From the NCBI RefSeq assembly GCF_009914755.1, contig NC_060929.1: a stretch of 64,000 nucleotides of DNA, one strand, 5' to 3'. Shown in pieces: positions 43,411 to 57,445 of this stretch (within the stretch, counting starts at the first letter, position 1; each line of letters opens with the position of its first letter). The translations under genes were made by a program, and so were the position numbers. Origin of the DNA: the human T2T-CHM13v2.0 reference genome, Homo sapiens. Under the pieces are notes generated by a model that worked only from the letters and a program-made list of their open reading frames with translations, was not told the DNA's origin and did no database searches.

Positions 43411-44051
43411 TTAGTGTTTACAAACTCAGATTATCTCTGCAAGATAGAGATAAGGAGTACACATATGGGAAGGCTGTCCAGCTATGCAGATACCTGAATG
43501 CATTGTTGAGAGTAACTAACTGGAAAAGGAAGTTGTAGGTGGCTCTATCAGTAGGTAGATTAAAGATTCAACCAAGTACAGAAATGTGGTTCGACCTCTA
43601 TCTCTTCAAAGTGTATGCTACTCAATCTTACACCAGTTATCACAAGACTGAAATTCCATCCTCTTTGATTATTCTTTCTGCTTCAAAATATATTTCTTCA
43701 AAAGTACTATTATGAAAAGCAGATATGGTTGAGAACAATAGTACATTTAGCAATGACCAGATCTCTGAGATCAAGGATCTTTGACAGTAGTAAACTCTGT
43801 GATAGCTAAAGTAACACCTGAAATTTGGTAAGTACAGTCATGCTCTGTATAAGGACATTTCAGACAACGAATTACTTATATGATGATGGTACCATAAGAT
43901 TATAATGGAGCTGAAAAATTCCTATCACCTGGTGATGTTGCAGCCATTGAAAAGTCATGGTGCAACATATTACTTACGTTTTTGTGGTGATGCTGGTGTA
44001 AACAAGCCTGCTGTGCTGCCAGTCATATACAATTATAGTTCATACAATTAA

Positions 44052-44574
<523 letters not shown>

Positions 44575-45895
44575 TTCTTACTACGCATTTTATCATTACT
44601 TTAGAGTATACTTCTTCTACTTATTAAAAAAAAATGTAAAACCTCAGGCAGGTTCTCCAGGAGCTATTCCAGAAGACGGCGTTGTTATTATAGGAGAAAA
44701 GAGCTCCATACATGTCATTGTCTCTGAAGACCTTCCAACTGGACAAGATATGGAAATGAAAGATAGTGGTGATTGATGATCCTGACCCAGTGTAGGCCTA
44801 GGCTAATGTGTGCGTTTATGTTTTAGTTTTTAACAAAAAAGATTAAAAATTTAAAATAAAAAATAGAAAATTTTAAAAATAGAAAAAAGCTTATAGAATA
44901 ATGATAAAGAAAATGTTTTTGTATAGTTGTACAATGTGTGTTATATTATTACAAGAGTCAAGATGTTATAAAAATTTAAAAAGTTTATAAAGTTAAAAAG
45001 TTACCATAATGTTAAGTTAATTTACTATTGAAGAAAGAAAAATACTTTTTACGAATTTAGTGTAGCCTGTGTACAATGCTTGTAAAGTCTAGAGTAGTGT
45101 ACAGTAATGTCCTAGGCCTTCACATTCACTCAGCCCTCATCCAGTGACTCACCTGGAGTAACTTCCAGTCCTGTAAGCTCCATTTATGGTAAGAGCCCTA
45201 TATAGTTGGACCGTTTTTCATCTTTCTTATTGTATTTAGACTGTACTTCTTTTATGTTTAGGTACACAAATACCTACCATTGTGTTACACTTGTATACAG
45301 TATTCAATATGGTACACTTGTATACTGTATACAGTAACATGCTGAACAGGTTTGTAGCCTAGAAACGGTAGGCTATACCATATAACCTAGATGTAAGTAC
45401 ATCTGTAATGCTCATACAATGATCTAGGTTTGTGTACATTTACTCTATAATGATTGTACAATGAAGAAATTGCCTAAGAACACATTTCTTAGAATGTCAT
45501 TAAGTGACGCATAACTGTACTTAACTATCAAGCAATCAGGTGTCAAGGTGGTCAATGACAATGGCCTTAATAGTGGTCAAGGACTATGAGCCAAACTGAA
45601 AGTAACAAGCCCTTTTTCACTTAATTGTCACAATACAAGCAAGAGGCAAAAAGTGATGCTAGTTTGCTCATATTCCATTTTCATAAACAGTACCAGCCAA
45701 CGGTCAGATGGATGCAGCAAAAATGGGAGAAAATCTCTTACTGCCAGGAAGTCCAGAACTTCTGTATCTTTATGGACCTATAAGTGGGAGACAGAGAGGT
45801 GGTGGGACTAGGAATGAGTGAGTTAAAGTGGAAAAAGTGCATGAGCCAAGGCTTCTTATGAAGGGATCTTAGTGGAAACCCCTGGGAAATGCCTC

Positions 45896-46172
45896 TGTTA
45901 CCAAACACCACGGCTTAATTCTAGGTCCTGCTGCTTGCCACCCAATCACTGAGATGATGAGTATTGCCAAGGAAGAAGGCTTTAATCAGGTGTGGCAGCT
46001 GAGGAGATGGGAGCTCAGTCTGAAATCCACCTCCCCGCTGACTAAAACTAGGGATTTCTATAGCAAGGAGGAAATGTAACAATGTGTAAGGAAACAGGAA
46101 CTAGGAAAAGGCAAGGAAACAATCATGATGAATGAGCGGTCCTGCATCTCATCGTCTGGATGTGGTGATCTC
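45896..46172 (-). mobile_element. ERV1 LTR fragment (MER66-like), probably nested in an older LTR
   Basis: TGTTACCAAACACCA..TCTAGGTCCTGCTGC..CCAATCACTGAGA..GAAGAAGGCTTTAATC. Confidence 0.55.
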
Positions 46173-47997
46173 TATGGGACTATTGGATCAGTTTCACTTA
46201 CACCAAGACTTTGGATAAACAGGCCTCCAAATGGAGGTGTCTGGACTAGAAATGCCTATATGCGTGTGAGCATGACTCACACAGAAGAGTCCTGAGTCCT
46301 TGACTGCAGCTCCCTCCAGAAAACTGCAATGTGCTCTCTGTACAATCAGTCTGGTGGCAAAGCCTGCTAACTGCCTGTGGTCCGCCTCAAAATATCAAAT
46401 GCAGGATTTTGGCCTAGAGACAGTCTCCTCATTAACAGATATTGTTGAATGAATAAATAACCAGTAACATCTAGCTGAATGATAACAGCTATATCCTTTC
46501 TAATGGTCATAATGTAAGAGAGAGAAGAAAAATAGCAAATAGTGAAGTTTGTTCACTATGAACAAACTTCTTTATACTCTTTCCTACAGATGATCCTGAG
46601 TTGATTTTACTAGGGCCAGTTTAGATGTCCTAATTAGCTGAAAGAAAATTGTGTCAGCACACAATAGCAGTAAAGTTATATAAAAGACTGTCAATCTATA
46701 TTTTGATATTTTCTTCCACATAACTGGAACAAATGAAGATGAATCCTTTAAATGAAAGTTGCCCTAAGGGAAGAAATTCAAACAGTATAATGTGTCTCTA
46801 GAGGCATAATTTCTTTTTAAAAATATACTAGAATTGGATTTAATTTTTTATGTCGTTATTGGTGAGACTTTTAACTATTATATCTATAATCTATGCTTGG
46901 TAGACCTGTTTGATAAATAAATGATGGTTGCTTTAAAATAAAAGGAACATTTTCCTTGATTTCATCATCTTCTCTATTCTATTAGTAACTATGAGATATT
47001 GAGACAGATGGAATTTAAAATTAAAAATAAGTAAAAATAATATTGAAATTACTTAGTTTAAAGTAACACAGTCAGATATCAAGCTGTCCCCCGAATACTG
47101 ACACATTAGCATAATCTGATATACCTCAAAGCATTTGTTTGAGAATTCAAATAGCAACAAGACTGTTAATTAATTTGCATTTTACAAATGTAATCACTCT
47201 AGCAAATTTTAGCGAAGTGTGAGGTGCCCGAAAAGGCTAAGACTTGGTTCCAAAGTTCTTTAGTAACAGAATATAGATTACTTACACGAGAAAAATACAC
47301 AATGGTTGAGAGAATTAAATATTAAAAGCCATAATTGTATACTCATCTTTGTATGTGGATTGAAATACTTAAACATATAAATTTCTGAGGGAATATAGTC
47401 ATTGGAAATAATAAATATAAATCATCAGTAACAATCTTAAATTGTTTAATGTTTCCTGAATCTTGAATACATGTATAATATGTTAATATATTTAGAACAT
47501 TCTGTCATAAGGGCTTTGGGTTCTTCTAGGAAGCTAAGGAAATATTGTTTTAGTGTTATCTTTCCTCCATATCCATATTCTTTCCTTCAATTTGCTTTTA
47601 ATTATTTTTAATTATATTTAATTTTGTGAAAATCTATTTAGAATCTAAATGCATGTGTGTATGTGTTGTACATATGTATTCAATAAGGATAGCTTATCTA
47701 AAACTTGTTCTGCCATTTTTCTTACCTAACAGCTTTCCTTCTGTTTTGTTTTGCTCTCTGGTTAAGAAAGATGACTTGCGTCTAAGTATCCACGATTGGT
47801 GTTATCACCAAAAAATTGTATTATTATGTACTCGGATGTCCATATTTTAAATAGGATTTAACATGTACATTAATTTGTATTACTTAAAAACCCTACAATG
47901 AGTATATTTTTTCTATTCATGTAACAAAAGTTATTTCTAAAGAATTTTTAAAATAAATAACAAATGCAGAAAAAATTATATATTTTTTCCGTCATAA

Positions 47998-49767
47998 TGA
48001 TGGCAGCCGTGGCTTGTCTGGAGTGGCCACTGTGAGGACACCAGCTGCAGTGGGGGAGGTGCAGCCAGGGCTGCGCAATCTATGGAGACAGTGGGGACCA
48101 GGAACAGGTGATCCCAGTGGCAGCCCTGCACCCTACTGAGTTGGCGGAGTGGGAGCCTGTGCTCCCAGGCACAGCTGCAGCCTCACAGCTGTGACTCCAG
48201 ACCTGGGCATCCCTGTGCTCTCTGGGCCCGGGAGATCCCTGCCCCTGCAGGCTCAGAAGTGCCTCCTCCTACTTCCTGGCCTCTCCCCACTCTTGGCACA
48301 TGCTCCAGTGCAGAGCAAAGTTGTAGACAAGTCTGGGCACTGTTGTGACCCAGCTAGGTGTGCGTGTGCTCAGGGCAGCGCTGACATGACAGCCAGTCCC
48401 CACCATCGCCTTGGCTTCCTCTGAAACACTGGATGCTGATGAGCTCAGGGAGGGAGGCTGGGGTAGGGGTGGTGAGGGCAGGCCTGTGTGCGCCCCTCAG
48501 CACAGACAGCCTGGGCACCGCGGATAGCATATTGATGGCAGCAGGAGGCAGACAGGTTCCTAGGTGGGGAAGGGAAGGTCCCTGGTGAAACCCCACATTC
48601 AAGCCAGGGACAGCCTGAAGCCTGGGGGCCAGGCTGCCAGTTTCAGGTGGAGTCCATGACCCGGCGTGAGAACTACGTTGACACCTTTTAGGCAACGGGA
48701 TGATGCTTTTTCCAGGCCCACCTATGGCTACCCATGGACCAATCAGCATGGACTTCCTCCATTCTGAGCACATAAAAATCCCTGACTTAGCCAGACTGAC
48801 ACACTCGTGGGGGCAACCTGCCTGCAGAAAGAAGCTATCCACTTCAGTTCTCCTGAGAGCTGTTCTGTTGCTCAATAAAGCTCCGCTCCACCTTGCTCAC
48901 CCTTCAGTTGTCAGTAACATCATTCTTCCTGGACGTGGGACAAGATCAAACAGTAGGAGCAAAAGGAGCTGTAACACGTTTCTGGCAGGCTCACTGAGCT
49001 ACAGGCAGTGACACACTCCTGGACTGTGGGAGTGAAGAATGGCAACCCTTCTGGGGGCCCAGACTTTGGGGTTCCCCAAGCCAGAACTGCTGTAACATTA
49101 TAGCACTCTCGCCCTCTGTTGGCACTGGGTGGCTGCTCCACGTAATGGACTGAGCCAGCCCATGTAGTGGTGGGACTGGGCTAGCCCAGGTGCTGCTGGC
49201 CAGAGCAGGGTGGCAGGACTGAAGGAGCTGCAACACAAACGGGCTGAAATAAGCCCACCTGTGCTCTACACTGTGGGTGGCGAGAAGGAGAGAAGAGCTG
49301 TGGCCCTTTTGCAGGTCCAGACCTTGGGTTTCCTGAGTCTGGGCTGTGACACACTGTAACACCCTCTTTGGGGTTCTGTGGTTCCTGGCATCTCCAAGTT
49401 TTGGGCACCACCTCATTCCCCAGTGCCCTCAGCGGAAGCCACTTGTGGTACACCTGGTTCAACTGCAGCCTTGCACAGAGGCAGCACCTGTGTCAGCACC
49501 TGGAGCTGCCTGCTCTGCTGCAGCTGGCATGCCTGGCTGTGCACAGTGGCTGGACCTTGCACTTGCTTACTCACACACCCGTTGCTGCTCCACACCTGGC
49601 TCACCCTTGGCAGTCATGGGATCCATGCCAGTAGTGCTAGCTGAGTGCAACCTGCTGGGCTGAGTGAAAAGAATGAGCCCAGCAGGCATGAGCAAAACTC
49701 AAGCAGAGGAGCCGCTGGCCACAGAGGTTTCCAGATAGTGAAGCAACACCCTAAGGATCCTGTGACA
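47998..49767 (+). mobile_element. MER52 solo LTR (ERV1, ~1.77 kb)
   Basis: GC-rich; TGATGGCAGC..GGATCCTGTGACA; internal CCAATC (~48740) and AATAAA (~48874); 4-bp TSD ATAA. Confidence 0.9.
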
Positions 49768-50002
49768 ATAATGGTATTTGATGGAAACTTTTGTTTGATA
49801 AACTTAGTGTGAAGTTTTGTGATTAAAAGTTATTGTTTAAAGTCACTGCTAACTCTACTTTCCTCTGTGATTTTGGTGGAATAAAAATAAATAAGGACAG
49901 AAAAATAAAGCTTTATTTTTAACAAAACTGTGGAACAGTCACTGCCAAATAGAATAAAATATACATGAAATTGAGGGAAGATACTTAGGAGTTAAACCAT
50001 TA

Positions 50003-50770
50003 CAGATGCTTGTAAGTTTGTGGCCTTTCCCCTCTAAGTTTTGTATTATGTTGCATTGGCCTGTGTGTCTGTTTTTGTACCAGTGCCATGTTGTTTTGGT
50101 TGCTGTAGCCTTATATTATAGTTTGAAGTCTGGTAATGTGATGATTGCAGCTTTGTTCTCTTTGCTTAGGATTGTTTTGATTATTTGGACTACTTTTTGG
50201 TTCCATATGAATTTTAGAAAAGGTTTTTCTAATTCTTTGAAGAATGGCATTGGTAGTTCGATAGAAACAGCATTGAATCTGTAGATTGCTTTGGGCAGCA
50301 TGACTATTTTAATGATATTGATCCTGTAATCCATAAGCATGGAATGTTTTTTCATTTATTTTTGTCACCTCTGATTTCTTTCAGCAGTGTTTTATAGTTC
50401 TCCTATAGAGGACTTTCACCATCTTGGTTAGCTGTATTCCTAAGTATCTCATTTTCTTTGTGGCTATTGCAAATGGGATTGTGTTCTGGATTTGACTGTT
50501 AACCGGGATATTATTGCTGTATAGAAATACTACTGATTTTTGTACATTGATTTTATATCCTGAAATGTTACTGAAGTCATTTATCAGTTCTAGTAGCCTT
50601 TAGGCAGAGTCTTTAGTGTTTTCTGGGTATGGAATCATATCATCAGTGAAGAGAGATAGTTTGACTTCTTCTTTTCCTATTTGTATGACTCTTATTTCTT
50701 TCTCTTGCCTGATGGCTCTGGCTAGGGCTTCTAGCACTATTTTTAATAGGAGTGGTGATAATGGGCATCA
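50003..50770 (-). mobile_element. Internal L1 ORF2 fragment (L1PB/old L1PA-like)
   Basis: [48 protein letters not shown] is L1 ORF2; no 3'UTR or tail. Confidence 0.9.
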
Positions 50771-51640
50771 CTGGCAAAAACAGGACTAGGATCAAGGATT
50801 TTTGATTCTCTGGTCATGCATCTCTCCTATGCTTTAGGAACCCGCTAATTTTAATAGGTAAGATTCAGAGCTGAAAATGAAAATTTATACACAGAATATA
50901 TGCTGCTTTGTTTTTTCAAGTGCTACCCTGGACCATTCTTCTAAGTGAGTTTAATGGTAGATACAAAATATAGAGCTCCACATTTTTAGTTTTTTTAGTT
51001 AGTTTTGGTGTAAATGACTTTAATAAATCAAATGTTGCATCAAGGTAACTTATAAAATCAAAGGATTTTGTTTCTCTCTTGCACTATAATCACAAGGATA
51101 ATCTGATGATCAGAGTTTTTTAAAAAATGATGCCCAATACCCTACAGAGAACATGCATTAGATATGCTATGTGACTCAATGCATAGCCTCATGTAAAGAT
51201 AAACAGAAGTTTCAGAGGCATTACAATTCAGGCAGATATGTTGTCCGGACCACTGTGTTTATTTATTTAATCAGCAAGTGGCTCCATTCACTTAGATCAA
51301 AAGACAGGTTGGCATCATTTGGACTATACTATTAGTAGGGATTATATTTGACAACATGCTGATGAGCATTTTGATTTTATTGTAAAATGAGAGGAAGGAG
51401 GTTACATACATATTTTATATAAAATATAATTAATAGGTCAATCAATCCAGAGGTCATTTATTGCTTTTATGTTATTAAATAAGTATGTTTTATAGTTAAC
51501 TTGCACTTAAATATTCCATTTTAAAGTTTTTCTTGATGGAAATTCAGATACATTTATTTCCTGTTCTTATTTTTGTTTTCTTAGTAAATTAAGTAGCTGC
51601 TCATTGAATTTGATTCTAACTTTCTATTAGAAACTTGTTC

Positions 51641-51981
<341 letters not shown>

Positions 51982-53789
51982 CTAAGAGTTCTTTCTAATA
52001 TTACTTAGCCCACCTCAAGTTTTGATTCTACTGTTTTATCACATTTAAATCCATGTAAGTATTTGCACATATAGAATGCAGATTGTACTCCAATCTCTAC
52101 TGTGCACCACATATATTTCACTTTGTAGGCATGTTCTTAACATAGGAAAGTGCTAACCCCAGGAACATGACATTTAGAAAAATCAAGGCAGCCACTAGAG
52201 AATTTTCTTAAAGCTGTTCATTACAAATCTAAGCATACCCAGGGATCCTCTATCATTCCACAGAGTCAGGGCCATTTTATACTAATAGTAGACAGGCGTT
52301 TCGCTCACTTTTAAATAGTTGTTTTGCAGCCTGCATTACAGAATTTCTGTAAAACCTAAGAATTATAGGTAGTTTTGAAAAAAACACCAAATCTTGAGTT
52401 ATGAATTAGGATTTCCTATGTAGGTATTAAATACTAAACTATGAGCTAATAGTTTTGTTCACTGGCCAAAAAAAATATTTTGCCTATTACACAAGGAATA
52501 TACTTAGCAAGTTTAATAGCACAAGAATATAAATATACCCACAAAGATATAGATATATGGAGTAAAATGAAATAGAGTCCAATTCAATTTTCAGTCTCTG
52601 GAAATTAAGCCACAATTCGGCCATCAATTTACCTCATGAGAAAATTTGTACTTCTACATTTTATCTTTGAATAATTATGTTGAACAACCATATACTATTG
52701 AAAACCAATATTTGGATCCTACTTGAAATGAATTGTAAAATATAATTTCCCAAAATATCAGATTTTGAAGAATTATTTTGGAAGTCTGTAGTTATTTATA
52801 AGACAAAGGGTTGAGTAGGTCAAATGTTTTCTTTCATAAGAAATTAAGACAGAATAGAGCAATAAATTTTGTTTGAATGAGAAAGGGACAGAAGGCAAGA
52901 ATTCTTATAAATAAAATGTATGTATTTGTATGAATTCATTAATAGAAGGAACATAATAGGCAACAAGGGGCAGATAGGTGATGGTGTGCAGATTTAGAGA
53001 CACATGAGATCTATCATCTGCATGACAGAGTTTCCTGGTAGCTAGATTGGAATGACGCAGCGTGGGAAGGAAGAGGCCTATGGAGCCTTCCCAGCAGTGG
53101 TCAGAGACAGAGAATCAGCTGGAACCACAGGACACTATTTCCAAGTAAGCTGCTAACGTCTGGTCATTATTTGGGTGAATAATTGGTGCTGGGATTGGAG
53201 AGGAAGAAATGATGTGTTCCAGCTGGTTAGTGGAGCTGACCAAAGAGGCATCTGGATGAATTATCTTTAGAAATCCATGATGGACCTCAGCTTCTGTGAT
53301 GTGTCACCAATGAAGATGAAGTCTAAACAAAAGACAGAAGTTAAGGGTTGACTCCGGTCCTCAGAAATGCACACTTTCAGTTGACGAGAGGCCTCATCCC
53401 CAGACAAATAGAGAAAAACCAGGCAGACTGCTATAGCAAGCCCTGCGATATTGGTGGGTATCAAATAAAAAGTTCACTTTTCTCACTAAGGCATTGAGCC
53501 AATGGATATTAGAAAAGGGCTATTAAACTTTGGAGAGGCCTGGAGTTCATTTGAGAATGGGAACAGCATTGGGAATTCACATGGAGATTAATGTCAGCAT
53601 CAAGCGATCATTTACATGGTCAAAGTTGCATGGCAGAGTGAGTTGGGTATTCTGCATCCTTGGTCTACTTATGAGTGTATGTCCAAGACCACTGGATGAG
53701 TGGAGAAGGAGAGGGGGTACCAGAGCTCTCCAACCACCTCAGTCAATTAGTCTAGGGTGGAACTGAGCCTTCATAGGTATCATAATAAT

Positions 53790-53920
53790 GTAAAGTCTAG
53801 AACATAAGTTCCTGGAGATCCAGCATCTTCTCTATTATTCACCACTCAATATCAGTACGTCCCTCAGTGCCTAGCACATTTCAGGCACTAAGCAAACATT
53901 TGTTGAATGAATGAATGAAG
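53790..53920 (+). mobile_element. L2 3' end
   Basis: CAGTGCCTAGCACA..AAACATTTGTTGAATGAATGAATGAA. Confidence 0.8.
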
Positions 53921-56900
53921 GAAAAATAAGAGAAAGAGACAGGAGAAATTATGACTCATGCAAATACATAAATTCAGGGGGAAATGTCTATGCAAAATAA
54001 AATTGTAAAAATCTGGCCATGTGAGAAATGAAGTATTTTACACGAAACATTTGAATATGTCTTAGGAGGTCTTTCCATATAAGCACAATGAAAGCATCTC
54101 ATTCCATGTTTTAAATGTACCAATATTTATGCAGTTACCTATTTAGTTGTTTCTTTTTCTGCTTTGTTATTTATAAAGCAAACACTTCTATAAGAAAAAA
54201 TAAGTCATATAGAGCTTTTAATATCTTCAAAAATCTACTTAAATAATTTGACACTTTATGTACACTTAAAATGATCTTGTTTGCAGTGGGAATTTTGCAG
54301 GCACACAGAGAGAATATTGTGTAATTCACTGAAGCAAAATATTAGTAAAATTTAAAAACTGGAAGTTGAATAAATAGAACATTAACATTAACTTGGCAGA
54401 GGTAGGATATTGTTTTGGATCAAAATTATGATTAGCTTAACTCTAAAAGGAGAAATTGCAAAGAACACCTTTTTTAAAACACTAAATTCTCATTTTTTCT
54501 AAACACAAGTCAATGTTTGTGAAACTATAATGGAAGTGAATTCCCAAAATACCTGAATTTGCAGCAATACCATAAACACCATTCTGTGTGAACCATATAT
54601 AAAACATGTTAGACAAATAATGAATATGTCGGGTTCAGCTCCCACTCAATTCAGTAGGAAAAAATGACCAATATTTAGATGGCATACTCGCCTGCTGAAT
54701 TTATTCCAGATGTCATCCTCATAAGATTTCTATAAGGAATTTCTATTAGTTAATAATTTACTTAGGGAGAATGTTTTCCATCTTTTTACAAAGAAAGACA
54801 TGAGGTCAGAATAATATGATAAAGGCTTTTGTTCTATCTTCTTGATATAATTTTAATAGTAACACAATGGAATGTATATAGGCTACCCTATCAAATTAGT
54901 TCGTTTTCATTTCTTTATTGCCCAAGGAAAAACAAGATTTATATTTGATTTTATTTGTTTGCATGTCTATGAGTTACTATCTTTTTGCAGTAGATGCAAC
55001 ATAGGGTATTAAACTTATTTGACTGCTCCATTCCACCTTAAGAGCCAAGGGAAAAACTATCACATTAAAGCAGTGAAAGGAGTCTGTCACTCTGTAGTGG
55101 ACTTGCTTGCAGTAGATCATTGTGTAGCATTATGTAACCTCTTTCAGTCCCTTTCTTTTAACTTGTTTTTCTCATCCCAAACAAATCATTAATAATGTTA
55201 GTATTCTCCTTTTTTAAAAGAAAGTTATGTTTTTGTTTTATGTCATATCTAAAATAGGTTCAATGAGCTATATGCCTTAGATGTATGAGTAATAGCCAAT
55301 ATGTACAGTAATTGTAAGTTATGGTTGCTGCTTCTCCTGGACAGACAGTTGCCTGAATCTTTATTCATGAGTAAAACTTTTTCTTAAACCAAAATACAAA
55401 TCATTAGACTCTTTTATTCTGGAAAATGTTTCACGTTGACAATAATAAATTAAGGAGATTATGCAAGCCTCAGGAGCTGAAGACTCATTACATTTTATCT
55501 GGGTTGGCTCTCAGTAACTATCAGTTCATGGAAAAAATGAAGCAAGAAGGATGAGCAAAAACAAAAGAAGCCAAATAGAGAAATAAATTAACAAAGAACC
55601 AAAAACATGTCAGATACAAGGTTGAATATTTTCAGCATATTGCCCTTTATGTAAATTATTCTCTGAAATAACATGCATTGCTATAACCTTACCAGAGTGA
55701 TGGAGACAAATAGCATACAATATGAAAAAGCTGTATCTTATTAAAAGCATGCCATTTTCTTTGATATTTGCTCAAAATATTAATTTCTTAATTAAAAAAT
55801 ATAATTCATTTGTTATAAATTTAAAAATCAAAATAGTAGACCAAAAATAAAGGGAAATTTAATGTTTGAGTGGAGGGATTTCTTTGTCAAAGCATAGTTT
55901 ACTTAATTTGAGATGGTTCTTTAGGTAGCCTGCTATATCTAAGTACAAAAACCTGATTCAAGCCAGGAGCATCTAGGTTACTTATGCTCAGTTTCAATAC
56001 CAACCATTAGGACTTAGGATCACAGAAACAGTATTTTAAAAACCAGCAAAGCTATCTTTAGCATTTTAGAAAGATTGTCATGTAGCAATCTCTAGAGTTC
56101 TATATCAGCCACCAAAAGCTAGAAAATATTTAGTAATAATTAGCCTGCAATGAAATATATTTTTTTTTAAATGGAAAGGAGAAAATCAGGATCAGGAGCA
56201 AATTGGTTAAAACAGGAAAAGGATCAGAATAAGCATAAGCACAGACTTCCAAGTACTATAAACAATCTGGTAAGGAAAGAGATGAAAACTATAACAAAGA
56301 ATCAAGTTAAGAATACAAAAAAGAAAATTAGAATCAATTACAGAGGAATATATGTGTTTATATATATATATATGTATAAAATAGACAATTTTTATTTAAT
56401 GTATTTATACGTTGCTGTAACTAGCTTTTTGTTTTTTTCTCACTAACTTTATTGTTCCGAATATGTATTATATATTTACTTGTAGAAAGTTAAGAATTCA
56501 AGCAAGTAGAAATAAGAATCAAAACATTCCTAAAGACAAACTGTAAAAAAAAAGCGCTTAATTTTTTTTCCACAAAAATAATGATAGGGTTTACTAACAC
56601 TTTCAGGCAGACAATGCCATAATTGACTACATGTATTATTTAGTTCATACAAAAGCCCTAAGTAATAGGAACTCTTATAATTTCACTGCTCTTAAAATTT
56701 AGAGTTGTTTTGGTCAGATAATCAATAAGTAACAAAACCTCTTTTTGGAGAAGCATGTTCACTGTAATCTTAAAATTCTCTCAGCCTTTTGATTTTGATA
56801 ATACATTGGGAATTACTATATGATCTTTTGATACATCAAGCATCTTCATTATATGTTGGGTATGTCAAGGCCTATGGCCATTTTTACACAATGTTGACAG

Positions 56901-56977
56901 TATCTGTATGGAAACATTGCAAAACAGAAAAAAGAATAAAGTATAATATCTGGATTCATCAAATAGTCAATAGATAA

Positions 56978-57364
56978 TGTATTAGTTTGCTGTGGCTTCC
57001 AGACCATATTCCACCAACTTGGTGTCTTAAGCAATAGAAATTTATTTTCTCACAATTTACAGAAACTGGAAATCTTAGATCAAGGTGTCAGCAGATTTGA
57101 TTTCTTTTGAGACTTCTCTTCTTGGCTTGTAGATGGCTATCTTCTCCTTGTTTCTTCACATGATCTTCTCTCTGTGCCTGTCTGTGTCCTAGTCTTCTCT
57201 TCTAACAAGGGCACCATTCAAATTGGATTAGGGCCTACCCTAATAATACCATTTTAACTTCATTACTTCCTTAAAGACCCTAACTTCAAAAAGTCACATT
57301 CTGAGGTTCTGGGAATTAGGACTTCAACATACGAATTTTGGGTGACACTACTCAGCCAATAGCC
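56978..57364 (-). mobile_element. MLT1A-like solo LTR
   Basis: TGTATTAGTTTGCT..AGAAATTTATTTTCTCACA..AGATCAAGGTGTCAGCAG..GGATTAGGGCC..GTCACATTCTGAGG..AGGACTTCAACATA. Confidence 0.88.
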
Positions 57365-57445
57365 AATCCAATTATATATTTTACATAAAATAATTTAAAA
57401 TATGTGTGGAGATTGTTTAGGGTATTACATATTAAGTTATAAAGG

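Noticed and set aside
48149-49663. Cluster of long ORFs (up to 173 aa)
   Set aside because: All lie in the GC-rich MER52 LTR, overlap on both strands and show no protein motifs
52990-53480. GC-richer unique stretch with a donor-like CAA|GTAAGC and AATAAA
   Set aside because: No coherent exon or ORF structure and no recognisable homology
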